A program made the translations under genes and the position numbers. Under the pieces are notes generated by a model. That model had not been told where the DNA came from and did not search any database. It saw nothing but the letters and a program-made list of their open reading frames with translations. This document shows positions 37,456 through 47,696 of a stretch of 61,851 bases of DNA, piece by piece (positions within the stretch are counted from its first letter, which is position 1; every line of letters starts with the position of its first letter). This DNA comes from a virus (taxonomy: Duplodnaviria > Caudoviricetes), in IMG/VR virus record IMGVR_UViG_3300048597_000294, positions 1 through 61,851 of that record. One strand, 5' to 3'.

Positions 37456-37923
37456 GTGGCGCCCGCTCCTCGGCCTTCCCCGAAGTCCGTGGTCCAGACC
37501 GCTTTCCTCCGACGCGCACGCGTCGCTCGCCCGTCCGAGTTCAACCGGGCCATCTCCGAGGTCCTCGCCCATTTCCGGCGGCGCTACCGCCAAGCGACCG
37601 GCGAGGAGTACGAGCTCGACGTACTTCGCGACACCGAGTCGCTGATCGATATCACACACAACCAGGCCGCTGGCTCGGTGGCTCGGGCCCGGCGCATCGT
37701 CGACGAGATGTTCGATGCCGCTGGCGGCGCCCTCTACGGCGACACGCTCGCCCGCCGTTTCGCATCGCTCCTGGCGTGGTACGGACACGGACGCCCGCGT
37801 TCGCCCCGACCCATGACCTCGCGCGAGCTGCGCGAGTGCCGGGAGGTCATCGCCGACAACGCGATGGCGGCCGCAGCAAAGGAGAGCCGTCGCGCCGCGC
37901 GCGGATCGCGAGGTGCCGCGTGA
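37456..37923 (+). CDS. Hypothetical protein
   Basis: First ORF after attP; start uncertain. Confidence 0.55.
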   Translation: MAPAPRPSPKSVVQTAFLRRARVARPSEFNRAISEVLAHFRRRYRQATGEEYELDVLRDTESLIDITHNQAAGSVARARRIVDEMFDAAGGALYGDTLARRFASLLAWYGHGRPRSPRPMTSRELRECREVIADNAMAAAAKESRRAARGSRGAA

Positions 37924-38045
37924 AGGAGCTCACCATCGCCGCGACCGTCTTCGGCGCGATCTTCGGCGGGCCGTTCACCGCGCTCGCGTTCTTCGTCCTG
38001 GGCCTCGTGACGGGCGCGGTCGCGCGCCGGGTTGGTGTCGCGTGA
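37920..38045 (+). CDS. Small membrane peptide
   Basis: GTGA coupling, GAGGT RBS, hydrophobic 41 aa. Confidence 0.55.
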   Translation: MKELTIAATVFGAIFGGPFTALAFFVLGLVTGAVARRVGVA

Positions 38046-38401
38046 TCCAAACGAGAAACGCCCGCATCGTGTCGACGCAGCTCGGCGCGGCCGGTTCGAA
38101 CGTGATGTCCGTCTGGATCCACCTGGACTTCGGTGGTTCCGGGCAAGCCTTCGGCGGACTCTCCCTTGATCGCTACGACCCCAGCACACGGACGCGCGTG
38201 GGCACGGCGTTCGGCTGCGAGTTCGTCCGCCGCGTGCTCGAAGTGCTGAAGGTCGAGGACTGGGAGCAGCTCCCCGGCACACCGGTTCGCGTGCGCGCCG
38301 AACACGAGAAGGTCCACGCCATCGGCCACTTCATCGAGGACCGCTGGTTCGAGCCCGGGAAGGACCTCGCGTTCCTCCTCGAGAAGGGCGGTGCCTCGTG
38401 A
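38042..38401 (+). CDS. Conserved hypothetical phage protein
   Basis: GSGQAFGG..LD...VEDWEQLPG..VRV..AIGHFIEDRWF. Confidence 0.75.
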   Translation: MIQTRNARIVSTQLGAAGSNVMSVWIHLDFGGSGQAFGGLSLDRYDPSTRTRVGTAFGCEFVRRVLEVLKVEDWEQLPGTPVRVRAEHEKVHAIGHFIEDRWFEPGKDLAFLLEKGGAS

Positions 38402-38631
38402 AGCCCACCAGCAGCGGCAACGCGCTTGCTCTCGTCGCGGCCATGCTCGGCATCGGGCCGCGGGCAAACCCGTTCAACGAGCTTCTCCACGAGAAGCGAA
38501 AGGTCGGTCCGCTCGGCCGTCCGCACCGCACTCGCGGCGACCAGCCGGTCCGTGACGCGCGCCGTGAGAAGCGGAAGTCCGCGCGCGCAGCTCGCAAGGC
38601 GAATCGTCGCAGCAAGGGCGGTGCCTCTTGA
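38398..38631 (+). CDS. Small basic protein
   Basis: Coupled; RKSARAARKANR. Confidence 0.6.
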   Translation: MKPTSSGNALALVAAMLGIGPRANPFNELLHEKRKVGPLGRPHRTRGDQPVRDARREKRKSARAARKANRRSKGGAS

Positions 38632-39242
38632 AGCCCCTCACCTGGAAGCTCGAGCAAATCGGTGTGATGGAGTTCGCCTGGGTCGCGCGCCACACCGAAG
38701 GCGACGTCGAGTTCGAGCTGTACGTCTCGGATGGATCCGACGGCGAGCCGGGACTGTGCGATGCCAGCCCATCCGAATCGGTGTGGCACGCGTGGGTCGC
38801 GTGCGGCGACGACGTCGTGCAGACGGACACGTGGATGGGCGAGACGGGCTTCGCGCCCACGAACTTGCCCGAGGCGATCGTGCGCGCCGAGCGCTACTTG
38901 CTCGACGAGATGACTCCGCTGGCGACGGCGGAGCAGATCGCGGCTGCGCGAACGTTGTGGGTCGGCGATCGCATGGACGTCTGCGTGCACGACGATGCGC
39001 GATCGGTTCACTCGTCAGAGGGCATTGCCGACGAGGGCGACTGGATTCAAGCGTGGGTGTACGTCTCGAACGACGCCGAGTTCGACGCGGCCCTCTCGGA
39101 ATCGATCGAGCGCGAGCAACCCGTCACCGACCCCGAGTACCCGATCACGTCTCGCGGATCCGCGAGCGAGGTCGTGTGCGAAGTGTGCGACGCGATCGAC
39201 CACGCGACGGAAGCGCACGCGGGCGTGGGAGGTGCGACGTGA
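38628..39242 (+). CDS. Acidic hypothetical protein
   Basis: Coupled TTG start. Confidence 0.6.
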   Translation: MKPLTWKLEQIGVMEFAWVARHTEGDVEFELYVSDGSDGEPGLCDASPSESVWHAWVACGDDVVQTDTWMGETGFAPTNLPEAIVRAERYLLDEMTPLATAEQIAAARTLWVGDRMDVCVHDDARSVHSSEGIADEGDWIQAWVYVSNDAEFDAALSESIEREQPVTDPEYPITSRGSASEVVCEVCDAIDHATEAHAGVGGAT

Positions 39243-39553
39243 GACGCCACGGCGATCGGGTGTTCCTCACCTTCGAAGAGGCGGTCTCGCTGCTCCCCAC
39301 CGGCGACACGATCCACACCTTCACGAACCCCGGCATGGGCCTGCTCGTGGGCGCGGACTGGACCCGTGACGAGGTGCTCGACCTCCTTCGCTCGTGTCCT
39401 GACGCTGAATGCGCGGAGGTCACCGGGCCGCAAGCGCAAGCGATGCAGCACGGGCTCGCCGTGCACCGTGCAGGACATCCACTGTTGTACATCGAGGCTT
39501 CGACGTGGCCCGACGAACAGCAGGCGCGCGTCGAAGGGACGGTGGCGCCGTGA
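39239..39553 (+). CDS. Hypothetical protein
   Basis: GGAGG RBS, GTGA coupling; IHTF..LVGADW..HGLAV. Confidence 0.65.
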   Translation: MRRHGDRVFLTFEEAVSLLPTGDTIHTFTNPGMGLLVGADWTRDEVLDLLRSCPDAECAEVTGPQAQAMQHGLAVHRAGHPLLYIEASTWPDEQQARVEGTVAP

Positions 39554-39795
39554 GCACCGCACCGATCGACGACGGCGGGGCGGCATTCCCCGTGCCCGAG
39601 ATCATCGGGTGCCTTGGAGTCCCGCAGCCCGCGAGCGCCTTCGGCATGTCGCTGCGCGACTACTTCGCGGGGCAGGTACTCGCTGGCTGGTGCGTGTCGG
39701 AACGCACGCTTGGCGACCACGCCGACGAAGTCGCGAAGACCAGCTACAAGTTCGCCGACGCGATGCTCCGCGCGCGGAAGGCGGTGCAACCTTGA
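39550..39795 (+). CDS. Conserved small phage protein
   Basis: DGGAAFP...GMSLRDYFA...ADAML.AR. Confidence 0.8.
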   Translation: MSTAPIDDGGAAFPVPEIIGCLGVPQPASAFGMSLRDYFAGQVLAGWCVSERTLGDHADEVAKTSYKFADAMLRARKAVQP

Positions 39796-40118
39796 AGCGC
39801 ACCGCTCTCAAGCGCGTCTCCCCGTTGAAGCGCGGCGCGCGCCTGCGGCAAGTGGGCAAGCGCGGCCGAGCTATCGGCGACCTGCTCCGCGCCGTCCGTC
39901 CGTTCGTGCTCGGGCGCGATCGGCACCTGTGCCAGCGATGCAAGAGCGCGCTCTGCAAGCCGCTCGAAGTGCATCACCGTCGAAGCCGCGCCCAAGGTGG
40001 CGGGCACACCCCGGACAACCTCGTGACTCTCGGGAAGCGCTGCCATGCGGCCGTCACCGACAAGAGCGCGCCGGACTGGCAGATGTGGGTCGTGACGAGG
40101 AAGGGGCGTGCGTCTTGA
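39792..40118 (+). CDS. HNH endonuclease
   Basis: RD..CQRC, EVHH, GG...NLVTL..CH. Confidence 0.8.
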   Translation: MKRTALKRVSPLKRGARLRQVGKRGRAIGDLLRAVRPFVLGRDRHLCQRCKSALCKPLEVHHRRSRAQGGGHTPDNLVTLGKRCHAAVTDKSAPDWQMWVVTRKGRAS

Positions 40119-40540
40119 GCGGCTGCGCATCCGGCCGCCAGCTCGGCCCCGACGACGTCGACCCGTTCGAGGACCTCCTCGACACGGTGCGTGCGTACTT
40201 CGTCCAGCGGTACCGCGAGGGAAACGGGCGCCTGCCCGAGGCGCACCCGGGCGACCGCCAAGCCCTGCTCGTGCTCGTCTACGACGAGGCCGGCGGGCGG
40301 ATCGACGTCGCGCGTGCGTACGTCGACGAGCTGTTCGCCGCTGGGTTCGGCGGGGCCCCGTCGCTGTTCGAGATGTGGCTCGTCCGCGAGTGGTGGGTTG
40401 AGTGCAACGACCACGTCCCCCGGCAGCCGCTCTCGCAGAAGCTCCGCACGATGCTCGGCGAGCGCGTCCTGCGCGAGGGCGCGATCGTCCAGCAGGTCCA
40501 CGACAAGCGGCTCGGTCGGATGTGGAGGGGGACCGCGTGA
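40115..40540 (+). CDS. Hypothetical protein
   Basis: Coupled at both ends. Confidence 0.55.
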   Translation: MSGCASGRQLGPDDVDPFEDLLDTVRAYFVQRYREGNGRLPEAHPGDRQALLVLVYDEAGGRIDVARAYVDELFAAGFGGAPSLFEMWLVREWWVECNDHVPRQPLSQKLRTMLGERVLREGAIVQQVHDKRLGRMWRGTA

Positions 40541-41658
40541 GCGCCTTCGAGATCCGCGTCGGCGATTCCGCAGCTCTGCTGCGCGGGTTGCCGGACGAGT
40601 CCGTGAACTGCGTCGTGACGTCGCCGCCGTACTGGGCGCTGCGCAACTACGAAGCGGCGGGCCAGATCGGCCTCGAGACCTCGATCGAGGAGTACTTGGC
40701 GCGCATCGTCGACGTGTTCGAGCAGGTGCGCCGCGTGCTCACGCTCGACGGCACCTGCTGGGTGAACATGGGCGACAAGTACGCCCAGACCGGGCGCGGC
40801 GGCATTGGGACCGCTTCGACCCTCACCGGCGGCCGTCGATCGCAGGAGCAGAGCCGCGCGGAACACGTGACCGAGAAGCGCGTGCCGATCGGACTCAAGA
40901 ACAAGGACCTGATCGGGCTGCCGTGGCGTGTTGCGTTCGCGCTCCAAGCCGCGGGCTGGTACCTCCGATCCGAGATCATCTGGCACAAGCCGGCGCCGAT
41001 GCCGGAGTCGTGCGTCGATCGGCCGACGCGATCGCGCGAGCAGGTGTTCCTGCTCGCGAAGCGCAGCCGGTACTTCTACGACGCGGCCGCGGTGCGGGAG
41101 CCGACGACGGACGGCCGCGCGATCCGCGAAGAGGAATACACGCGCCTCAACTCGAAGCGTGACGGCCAGCGGGAGCAGACGCGCCGCCTCGTCCCGATCT
41201 CCGGTTGGATGCACAAGCCAGGCGCTTCGCACCACGCGCACCGATTGACCGCCGCGGACCGCCAGGTCATGCGCTGCTTCAGCCGCAAGCGCGCGACCGA
41301 TGCGAACCCGCGACAGCAGCCAATCGAGGCGAACGACGACGGCACCGCCAAGTACTCGGAGCGGTCGACGTTGCGGAACCGGCGCACCGTGTGGGCGATC
41401 GCGAGCGTCCCGTTCAAGGGCGGGCACTACGCGACGTTCCCCCCGAAGCTCGTCGAGCCGTGCATCCTCGCCGGCTGCCCGCGCGGTGGCGTCGTGCTCG
41501 ACCCGTTCATGGGCGCCGGAACGACGGGCGTCGTCGCGTTGCGACACGGCCGCCGCTTCATCGGCATCGAGATCAATCCCGAGTACGCGGAGCTGGCGCG
41601 TCGGCGGATCGTCGAGGACGTGCCGCTCTACAACGTGGAAGGACGGGTGTTCGCGTGA
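40537..41658 (+). CDS. Beta-class N4-C/N6-A DNA methyltransferase
   Basis: [37 protein letters not shown]. Confidence 0.95.
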   Translation: MSAFEIRVGDSAALLRGLPDESVNCVVTSPPYWALRNYEAAGQIGLETSIEEYLARIVDVFEQVRRVLTLDGTCWVNMGDKYAQTGRGGIGTASTLTGGRRSQEQSRAEHVTEKRVPIGLKNKDLIGLPWRVAFALQAAGWYLRSEIIWHKPAPMPESCVDRPTRSREQVFLLAKRSRYFYDAAAVREPTTDGRAIREEEYTRLNSKRDGQREQTRRLVPISGWMHKPGASHHAHRLTAADRQVMRCFSRKRATDANPRQQPIEANDDGTAKYSERSTLRNRRTVWAIASVPFKGGHYATFPPKLVEPCILAGCPRGGVVLDPFMGAGTTGVVALRHGRRFIGIEINPEYAELARRRIVEDVPLYNVEGRVFA

Positions 41659-42725
41659 GCGCACCCCTTGACCAGGGGGATAACCCCAAGGCCAACCCCA
41701 TCCGTCGGCGGCACTTCGTCAAGTGGGAGCCGAAGCACTGGCGCGACGACAAGCCGCTCCAGTCGTGCTCGCTGGCGGCGCGCGGCCTGTGGACGGAGAT
41801 CCTGATGATCGTCCACGACTGCACACCGTACGGGCACCTGGTGCTCGGTGGTCGCGCGCCCGACAACGCGGAGATCGCGCGCCTCGTCGGCTCCACGCCG
41901 ACCGAAGTGAAGCGATGCCTCGCTGAGCTCGAGTCGAAGAACGTCTTCTCGCGCACGCCGGACGGCGTCATCTACTCGCGCCGGTACGTGCGCGACGAGA
42001 AGGCCTACGCCGAGGCGATCGTCAACGGCAAGAAGGGTGGGAATCCGGCGTTGAAACAGCCCGAACCCTTGGATGGGGGGATAACCCCCCCGCCAACCCA
42101 GGGGGATAACAGGTCCCTTCGTGCGCGCGATCGCGCGAGATCTTCAGATCTCCAGAAGGCTCAGAGCAACGGCAGTAGTTCGGTTCCTCTGACCGAATCC
42201 CAAGGGAACTCCTCGCGCTCAGCGCGCGCGCGAGAGGACTCGCCGCTGGCGTCGGAGGATCCGCCCACAGGCGAACACACCGCGTTCTGCACGTGGTGGG
42301 TCGAGCGCTACCGGGTGGCCACCACGACGCCCACGTGCCCACAGGGCGCGCGGTACGCGATGGACGCGACCGAGGGCGCGAAGGTCCGCGATCTGCTCGC
42401 CAGGGCGCGCGCGAACGGGCGTGGCGCGGACCTCGTGCGCGAGGTCGTCGATCGGTTCATCGCGCACCCGACGTTCGGGCGTGAGGCCCCGACCCTCGGG
42501 CGGATCCTCGCGAACTGGAACTCGCTCGTCGTGGCCGCGCCGGCCGCAGCCCTGCCGAAGCCATCGGCACCCGTCGAGACGCAGGAACAGCTCGACCTCC
42601 GCAATCGCTGGTTCGTCGTGCACTCGCGGCGCAACGGCGCGGTCCCCCCGTACCCCGGACACGAAGCCGCGAAGACGTGGCTCGAGCAACAAGCGCGCGA
42701 AGGCGCGAGCAAGGCATCGGCATGA
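41655..42725 (+). CDS. Replication initiator-like protein
   Basis: [13 protein letters not shown]...VFSR...[15 protein letters not shown] then low-complexity linker with DNA repeats. Confidence 0.75.
   Translation: MSAPLDQGDNPKANPIRRRHFVKWEPKHWRDDKPLQSCSLAARGLWTEILMIVHDCTPYGHLVLGGRAPDNAEIARLVGSTPTEVKRCLAELESKNVFSRTPDGVIYSRRYVRDEKAYAEAIVNGKKGGNPALKQPEPLDGGITPPPTQGDNRSLRARDRARSSDLQKAQSNGSSSVPLTESQGNSSRSARAREDSPLASEDPPTGEHTAFCTWWVERYRVATTTPTCPQGARYAMDATEGAKVRDLLARARANGRGADLVREVVDRFIAHPTFGREAPTLGRILANWNSLVVAAPAAALPKPSAPVETQEQLDLRNRWFVVHSRRNGAVPPYPGHEAAKTWLEQQAREGASKASA
42066..42110. repeat. Candidate iterons/origin (GGGGGATAAC x2; third copy at 41675-41684)
   Basis: 42076-42085 and 42101-42110; the first lies in the near-palindrome GGGGG-ATAA-CCCCC. 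Confidence 0.55.
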
Positions 42726-44209
42726 ACCCCGTCGAACTCCGCCTCATCGACCAGCGCCAGCGAGTCGTCGTCGACGAGGACCTGAACCCGCTCGGCTGGA
42801 CTCCGCTCGACCGACTGCACGGCGGGGTCATGGCGCACGACGTCGGGCTGTCGTACGAGAACTCGTGTCCCGGCGCCGGCGAGTTGTTCCTCGACCGGAT
42901 GGAGATCACGTTCGACGGACCGGTGACGGGCGTCTTGCCGTGCGCGAACTGGACCGCGCGCGGCAACGTCCTCGTCATCGGCGCCGGCGGCGAGTACCTC
43001 GCGCCTCGTTCGTCGCTCGTCGTGCGGTGGGACTACACCGCCACCGCGCCGACCGAGGTTCCGTACGGGAGCGCAACGGTGCGCTGGCACCCGTCGCAGA
43101 AGCGCGACGTCTTCGGACCGCTGAAGGCGTACCTCGAGAAGCCGCGGCCGACCGGCATGGTGCCGGTCTACGGTGGCGAGCAGGTCGCCCCGCCGGGCGC
43201 GCACGATCGTGACGGCGTGCCGGGACACGAGCAGGACGGTCCGGGCTTCCTGCTCCGCTCCGACCTGGTCATCAACCGCATGCCGATCGGGTGCGTGGAC
43301 CAGAGGACGGGCGAACCGCTCCTGCTGAACGATCCGGACTACACGCTCGTGCGCGGGTGGTCGAAGGCGACGCAGCTCGCCGAGTTCTCGCGCGCCTTCG
43401 CCCGCTACCAGGAATCGCGTGACCCCATCGTGACCTTGAAGGGCGCGTCGCGGTCACGGGAGCTGTTGCTGGGCACGCGGCGCGACAAGTGCGCGTCGGC
43501 GTTCGACGGGCAGCACCTGGGCAACGCGCTGGGCCACCTGCGCGCCGCGGCGCAATGCGGAGACCCGATCGCGATCCGCCACCTCGCGCTCATCGCGAAC
43601 GACTGCGCGATGGCCCGCCAGGACCCGTCCTCGATGGTTCGCGGCGGTCGCGACATGGCGTGGCGCATCGACGCGTGGGCGCACGCTCGCCAGCACTGGT
43701 TCCGCGCGGAGAGCTTCGCGGACGACCTCGTGGCGCGGCAGACGGGATCGGGTGCGTTCCTCCGCGCGCCCAAGGACTACCCGTTCAGCCCGACGCCGCA
43801 GAGCTTCGGGATGCCGCCCGACTTCGACACCGACGCGACGATGGAGCGGTGGCTGACCTGCTACGCGCTGGGCCTCTTCGGCCACACCGAGCCGATCCGG
43901 AAGGCGATCAGCGGGTGCCCCTGGCCAGTACCGAAATTCCTCGGCGTGGGCCGAAACCAGACCGAGAAGTTCCCGACGTACCAGCACCCCTGCGGGCCGG
44001 GCGACTACTTCCCCGACCTCGCGCTTGGCGTCCTCGCGACGCTCGATCCGGCCTCGACGGACTGGCAGTACCGCGCGCTCACGCAGCCGACGCCCGACGG
44101 CGTGCTGTGCGACTCGCTTCGGAAGCGGCGCGACGTGATGCGCGCGGCGACGTTGGGGCGAGAGCAGTCAGCCGTCCTCCTGTCGGTGCTCGAGCAGGTG
44201 CTCGCGTGA
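42722..44209 (+). CDS. 495-aa hypothetical; possible alpha/alpha-barrel glycan-active protein
   Basis: DGQH...CGD...LIAN...GRDMAW spacing resembles PcRGLX/YetA-like barrels (weak). Confidence 0.55.
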   Translation: MNPVELRLIDQRQRVVVDEDLNPLGWTPLDRLHGGVMAHDVGLSYENSCPGAGELFLDRMEITFDGPVTGVLPCANWTARGNVLVIGAGGEYLAPRSSLVVRWDYTATAPTEVPYGSATVRWHPSQKRDVFGPLKAYLEKPRPTGMVPVYGGEQVAPPGAHDRDGVPGHEQDGPGFLLRSDLVINRMPIGCVDQRTGEPLLLNDPDYTLVRGWSKATQLAEFSRAFARYQESRDPIVTLKGASRSRELLLGTRRDKCASAFDGQHLGNALGHLRAAAQCGDPIAIRHLALIANDCAMARQDPSSMVRGGRDMAWRIDAWAHARQHWFRAESFADDLVARQTGSGAFLRAPKDYPFSPTPQSFGMPPDFDTDATMERWLTCYALGLFGHTEPIRKAISGCPWPVPKFLGVGRNQTEKFPTYQHPCGPGDYFPDLALGVLATLDPASTDWQYRALTQPTPDGVLCDSLRKRRDVMRAATLGREQSAVLLSVLEQVLA

Positions 44210-45135
44210 AGTCCCCGCTGTGCATCTACCACGGCAACTGTGCCGACGGATTCGGCGCCGCGTGGGCCGTGTGGAAAGCGTTTGACGGCAAGGTCGACCT
44301 GGTTCCCGGCGTCTACCAGAACGATCCTCCTGACGTTGCCGGGCGCGACGTGATCCTCGTCGACTTCTCGTACAAGCGCGATGCCATGAAGGGTGTAGCG
44401 ATGCGCGCGGCGTCGGTGCTCGTGCTCGACCACCACAAGAGCGCGATCGAAGACCTCGTTCCGATCTGCGTTCCGGGCAAGGCGCGGGGATCGCACGGTC
44501 TCCTCGAACCGAAGGACTGGGACCACCACCTCACCAACGTCGCCCAGGACTCTTGCGAGGGGATCCCTTGGGCGGTCTACGCGATCTTCGACACGCGCCG
44601 TAGCGGAGCCACGATCGCGTGGGACTTCTTCAATCCGGGACGCGAGCGCCCCAAGCTGCTCGACCACATCGAAGACCGCGACTTGTGGACGTTCCGCTTG
44701 CCCGGAACCCGCGAGATCCAGGCCGCGCTGTTCAGCTTTCCCTACGACATGCAGCGATGGGACGACCTCATCATGCGTGGCGACCTCGCGAAGCTGCGCG
44801 CCGAGGGCGAGGCGATCGAGCGCAAGCACCACAAGGACGTGGCCGAGCTCGTGGCCGTCACGCAGCGCCCGATGCGAATCGGCGGACACGTGGTGCCCGT
44901 CGCGAACCTGCCCTACACGCTGACCTCGGACGCCGGGCACCTCATGGCGCAGGGCCAGCCGTTCGCCGCGTGCTACTGGGACACGCCCGCTGGGCGCGTG
45001 TTCTCGCTGCGTTCGACCGACGCTGGCCTCGACGTCTCGGAGATCGCGAAGCTGTACGGGGGCGGTGGACACCGCAACGCGAGCGGCTTCCGCGTGGCCT
45101 TCGACCAGCTCGCGCAGTTCGAGGTGCTCGCGTGA
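44206..45135 (+). CDS. DHH/DHHA1 phosphoesterase
   Basis: YHGNCADG, VDF, LDHH, SGA, EDRDLW, SLRS, GGGH..ASGF. Confidence 0.9.
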   Translation: MKSPLCIYHGNCADGFGAAWAVWKAFDGKVDLVPGVYQNDPPDVAGRDVILVDFSYKRDAMKGVAMRAASVLVLDHHKSAIEDLVPICVPGKARGSHGLLEPKDWDHHLTNVAQDSCEGIPWAVYAIFDTRRSGATIAWDFFNPGRERPKLLDHIEDRDLWTFRLPGTREIQAALFSFPYDMQRWDDLIMRGDLAKLRAEGEAIERKHHKDVAELVAVTQRPMRIGGHVVPVANLPYTLTSDAGHLMAQGQPFAACYWDTPAGRVFSLRSTDAGLDVSEIAKLYGGGGHRNASGFRVAFDQLAQFEVLA

Positions 45136-45536
45136 CCCGCCCCCTCCCTCCCGCGATCCGCGCGGCGATCGCAGCGCACAAGCCGAACGGATCCTCGACG
45201 CCTCGCGCGCCGCGCCGTGGACGCATGAACCGCACCGAGGCCGCGTACGCCGCCGAGCTTTCGATCCGCAAGGCAGCGGGCGAGGTCATCGACTTCGGCT
45301 TCGAGCGCATGAAGCTGCGCCTCGCGGACGGCGCGTGGTACTGCCCCGACTTCCTCCTCGTGATGGCCGACCGCTCGATCGAGCTGCACGAGGTCAAGGG
45401 CTTCGAGCGCGAGGCCGCGATCGTGCGGCTCAAGGTCGCCGCCGAGCTGTACCCGCACTTCCGCTTCTACCTCGTGAAGAAGGTGGACGCGGGGTGGTCG
45501 CGGCGCTGGATCGGACCGGCGAGCGATTCGAACTGA
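45132..45536 (+). CDS. PD-(D/E)XK endonuclease (DUF1064-like)
   Basis: MNRTEAAY...YCPDF...HEVKGF. Confidence 0.85.
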   Translation: MTRPLPPAIRAAIAAHKPNGSSTPRAPRRGRMNRTEAAYAAELSIRKAAGEVIDFGFERMKLRLADGAWYCPDFLLVMADRSIELHEVKGFEREAAIVRLKVAAELYPHFRFYLVKKVDAGWSRRWIGPASDSN

Positions 45537-45556
45537 ACCACCAACACGAGGCCCCG

Positions 45557-46399
45557 ATGAAGACGTTTGAACTGCGAATCACTCCCGACAAGGCCCGCGA
45601 GTTCCTCAAGAAGAACAAGGGCAACCGTCCGATCCGCGCGTCCTGGGTCGAGAACTTGGCCGGGATGATCCAGCGCGGTGAGTGGGAGACGACACACCAA
45701 GGCATTGCCTTCGACGAGGACGGAAACCTCCTCGACGGACAGCACCGATTGAACGCGATCATAGCGGCGGGAAAGGCCGTCGACATGCTCGTGACGACGG
45801 GGCTCGACAAGGACGTGTTCAAGCACATCGACGGCGGTCGCGTCCGCACACCAGCCGACCGGCTCAAGCTGCTGAGCGACGAGCACGACAACACGCTGGC
45901 GGTCGGGTGTGTGCGGGCCTATCTCACCGCAGCGGTGGTCAAGAACCTCCCATCGGTGACGATCGACATGACGGACAACGCGTTCCTCGAAATGGCCGAC
46001 GAGTTCACGGCGGTCGCGGAGGCGTTTCACCGCCGCATCCCAGGCATCACCGTTGCGCCGGTCGGAGCCGCGATCGCGTGCTACATGAGCGTGCACAAGA
46101 TGCGCGGGCGCGCGTTCCTGGCGAGCATGGTCAGCGGAGAGGGGTTGTCGTCCAAGTCGCCCGTGCTCGTCCTGCGCGAAGCCCTTGTCGCCAAGCGCGT
46201 CGGATCCCTGCACGATCAGTATTGGAAGACCATCCAGGCGACGAAGTCACACTACGGCGACCGCCAGATGGTGAAGGTGCAGGCCGCGACCGAAGACTGG
46301 CGCGGGAACAAGTATTCGACCCTGGCCTACGCCCGTTCGCGTGCAGCGACGCGTGGAGCGGAGTCGGCGAAGGTCTTGAAGATGCGCCAGCGCGCCTGA
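45557..46399 (+). CDS. ParB/Srx-like N-terminal domain protein
   Basis: ITP..A...L..N..NRP...GEW...IAF..LLDGQHRL.AI. Confidence 0.8.
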   Translation: MKTFELRITPDKAREFLKKNKGNRPIRASWVENLAGMIQRGEWETTHQGIAFDEDGNLLDGQHRLNAIIAAGKAVDMLVTTGLDKDVFKHIDGGRVRTPADRLKLLSDEHDNTLAVGCVRAYLTAAVVKNLPSVTIDMTDNAFLEMADEFTAVAEAFHRRIPGITVAPVGAAIACYMSVHKMRGRAFLASMVSGEGLSSKSPVLVLREALVAKRVGSLHDQYWKTIQATKSHYGDRQMVKVQAATEDWRGNKYSTLAYARSRAATRGAESAKVLKMRQRA

Positions 46400-46499
46400 C
46401 CCACACACCCGCCGAGCCGTGGTGCGCGGGGAGATCCCGCGACGCCTGGGATGGGTCATGAATCACTCGGCGGACCTACCAAGACGAAGGAGAGACACG

Positions 46500-46811
46500 A
46501 TGCGGACAACGGTCGATGGGATTGAACTGATCCGCGCATTCGACGCTGCGCAGAGACGCGTCAAGTCGGCAGAAGACCAGGCGTATCGGGCTCAGAGCGC
46601 GCTCACTGAGGCGAAGTGCGCGCTCGGAGAGTGGCTGGTCCCCAAGGATGCCACGATCGGTGACGTGTTCTGTCTCGCCGTCGGCGACGCGTTCCTGGAG
46701 GTGCGCGTGATCGATAGGCGCGCCTTTCAAGAGGGTGGCGGCGAGGTGTCGCTCGGCCTGGACTACGTCGTCGGGTGGCGCAACGGCGTCGCGCCGCGAA
46801 AGGGGCTGTGA
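46500..46811 (+). CDS. Hypothetical protein
   Basis: AAGGAG RBS before ATG 46500. Confidence 0.6.
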   Translation: MRTTVDGIELIRAFDAAQRRVKSAEDQAYRAQSALTEAKCALGEWLVPKDATIGDVFCLAVGDAFLEVRVIDRRAFQEGGGEVSLGLDYVVGWRNGVAPRKGL

Positions 46812-46814
46812 TCC

Positions 46815-47330
46815 ATGAACGCAGCCAACATCGCCCTGCTCTCGCTCTTCACGATCCTCGGGTTCGCCATCGGCGTGTTCAGCACGCGGACCGCCACACG
46901 TCGCGGCCTGCGCGAGTACCTCGATCGCGCGATCGTCAACTGGCGCGTGCATCGCGATAAGGCCTGGGACGCCGAAACGCGAGAGACGGCGGAGTGCTAC
47001 GTCGACGCCTTCCAGAGCGTGCGTGTCTCGATCTTTGGTTCGAGGCTTCCGCCCGTCCTGCTCTGCGCCCTGCTGTTCGCGGGGTGCGGGCCCGAAACGG
47101 ACATCCCCAGGAAGACTCTCGTCGTCCCGAGCCAAGACGGCACGGGCCGGTTCGTGCTCGAGGCCGTCGATCGCTACAGCGACGGCAACGCATACAACAG
47201 CACGCGCACGGTCTACGTCCTGCGCGACACCGAGACGGGACGCGAGTTCGTGGGAGTTTCGGGCGTCGGCATCGCGGAGATCGGCTCCCACTCCACCGGC
47301 AAGAACCACACTGCGACGGACGAGCGATGA
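46815..47330 (+). CDS. Membrane protein with internal lipobox-like segment
   Basis: N-terminal TM; internal LLFAGC. Confidence 0.6.
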   Translation: MNAANIALLSLFTILGFAIGVFSTRTATRRGLREYLDRAIVNWRVHRDKAWDAETRETAECYVDAFQSVRVSIFGSRLPPVLLCALLFAGCGPETDIPRKTLVVPSQDGTGRFVLEAVDRYSDGNAYNSTRTVYVLRDTETGREFVGVSGVGIAEIGSHSTGKNHTATDER

Positions 47331-47670
47331 ACGATCCGCAGCACGAAACCCAGGTTGAGCCGGTGCCGGAAGCTCTGCCGCGCCCGCCTCGCATGAACGC
47401 CGCGACGCTCATGGCATTCGCGGCAGCGGCGATTGGCGGAGGACCGATCGCACGCGAGCAGATCCAACGCCGCCGTCGCGCGGACTCGTGCGGCCCCGCG
47501 ACGCGGTCGAAGACGTGGTCCCCGAGAAGATCCGTGTGCGCCGCATCATCGCGAACGAGTTCAAGGGCGCCGAGTACTGGCGGCACGGTCAGTGGCGATT
47601 CGTCACAGGCCCCCGCAACGGCCGTGTGCTGCTGTTCACGTGCGAGCGCCGGAAGCCCGAAGAGAACTGA
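47327..47670 (+). pseudogene. Small gene apparently split by a frameshift near 47480
   Basis: Coupled ATG 47327 frame loses coding look at CGTCGCGCGGA; another frame continues to TGA 47670. Confidence 0.4.
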
Positions 47671-47696
47671 GAATACCCCTTCGCAAGGAGATCCAA

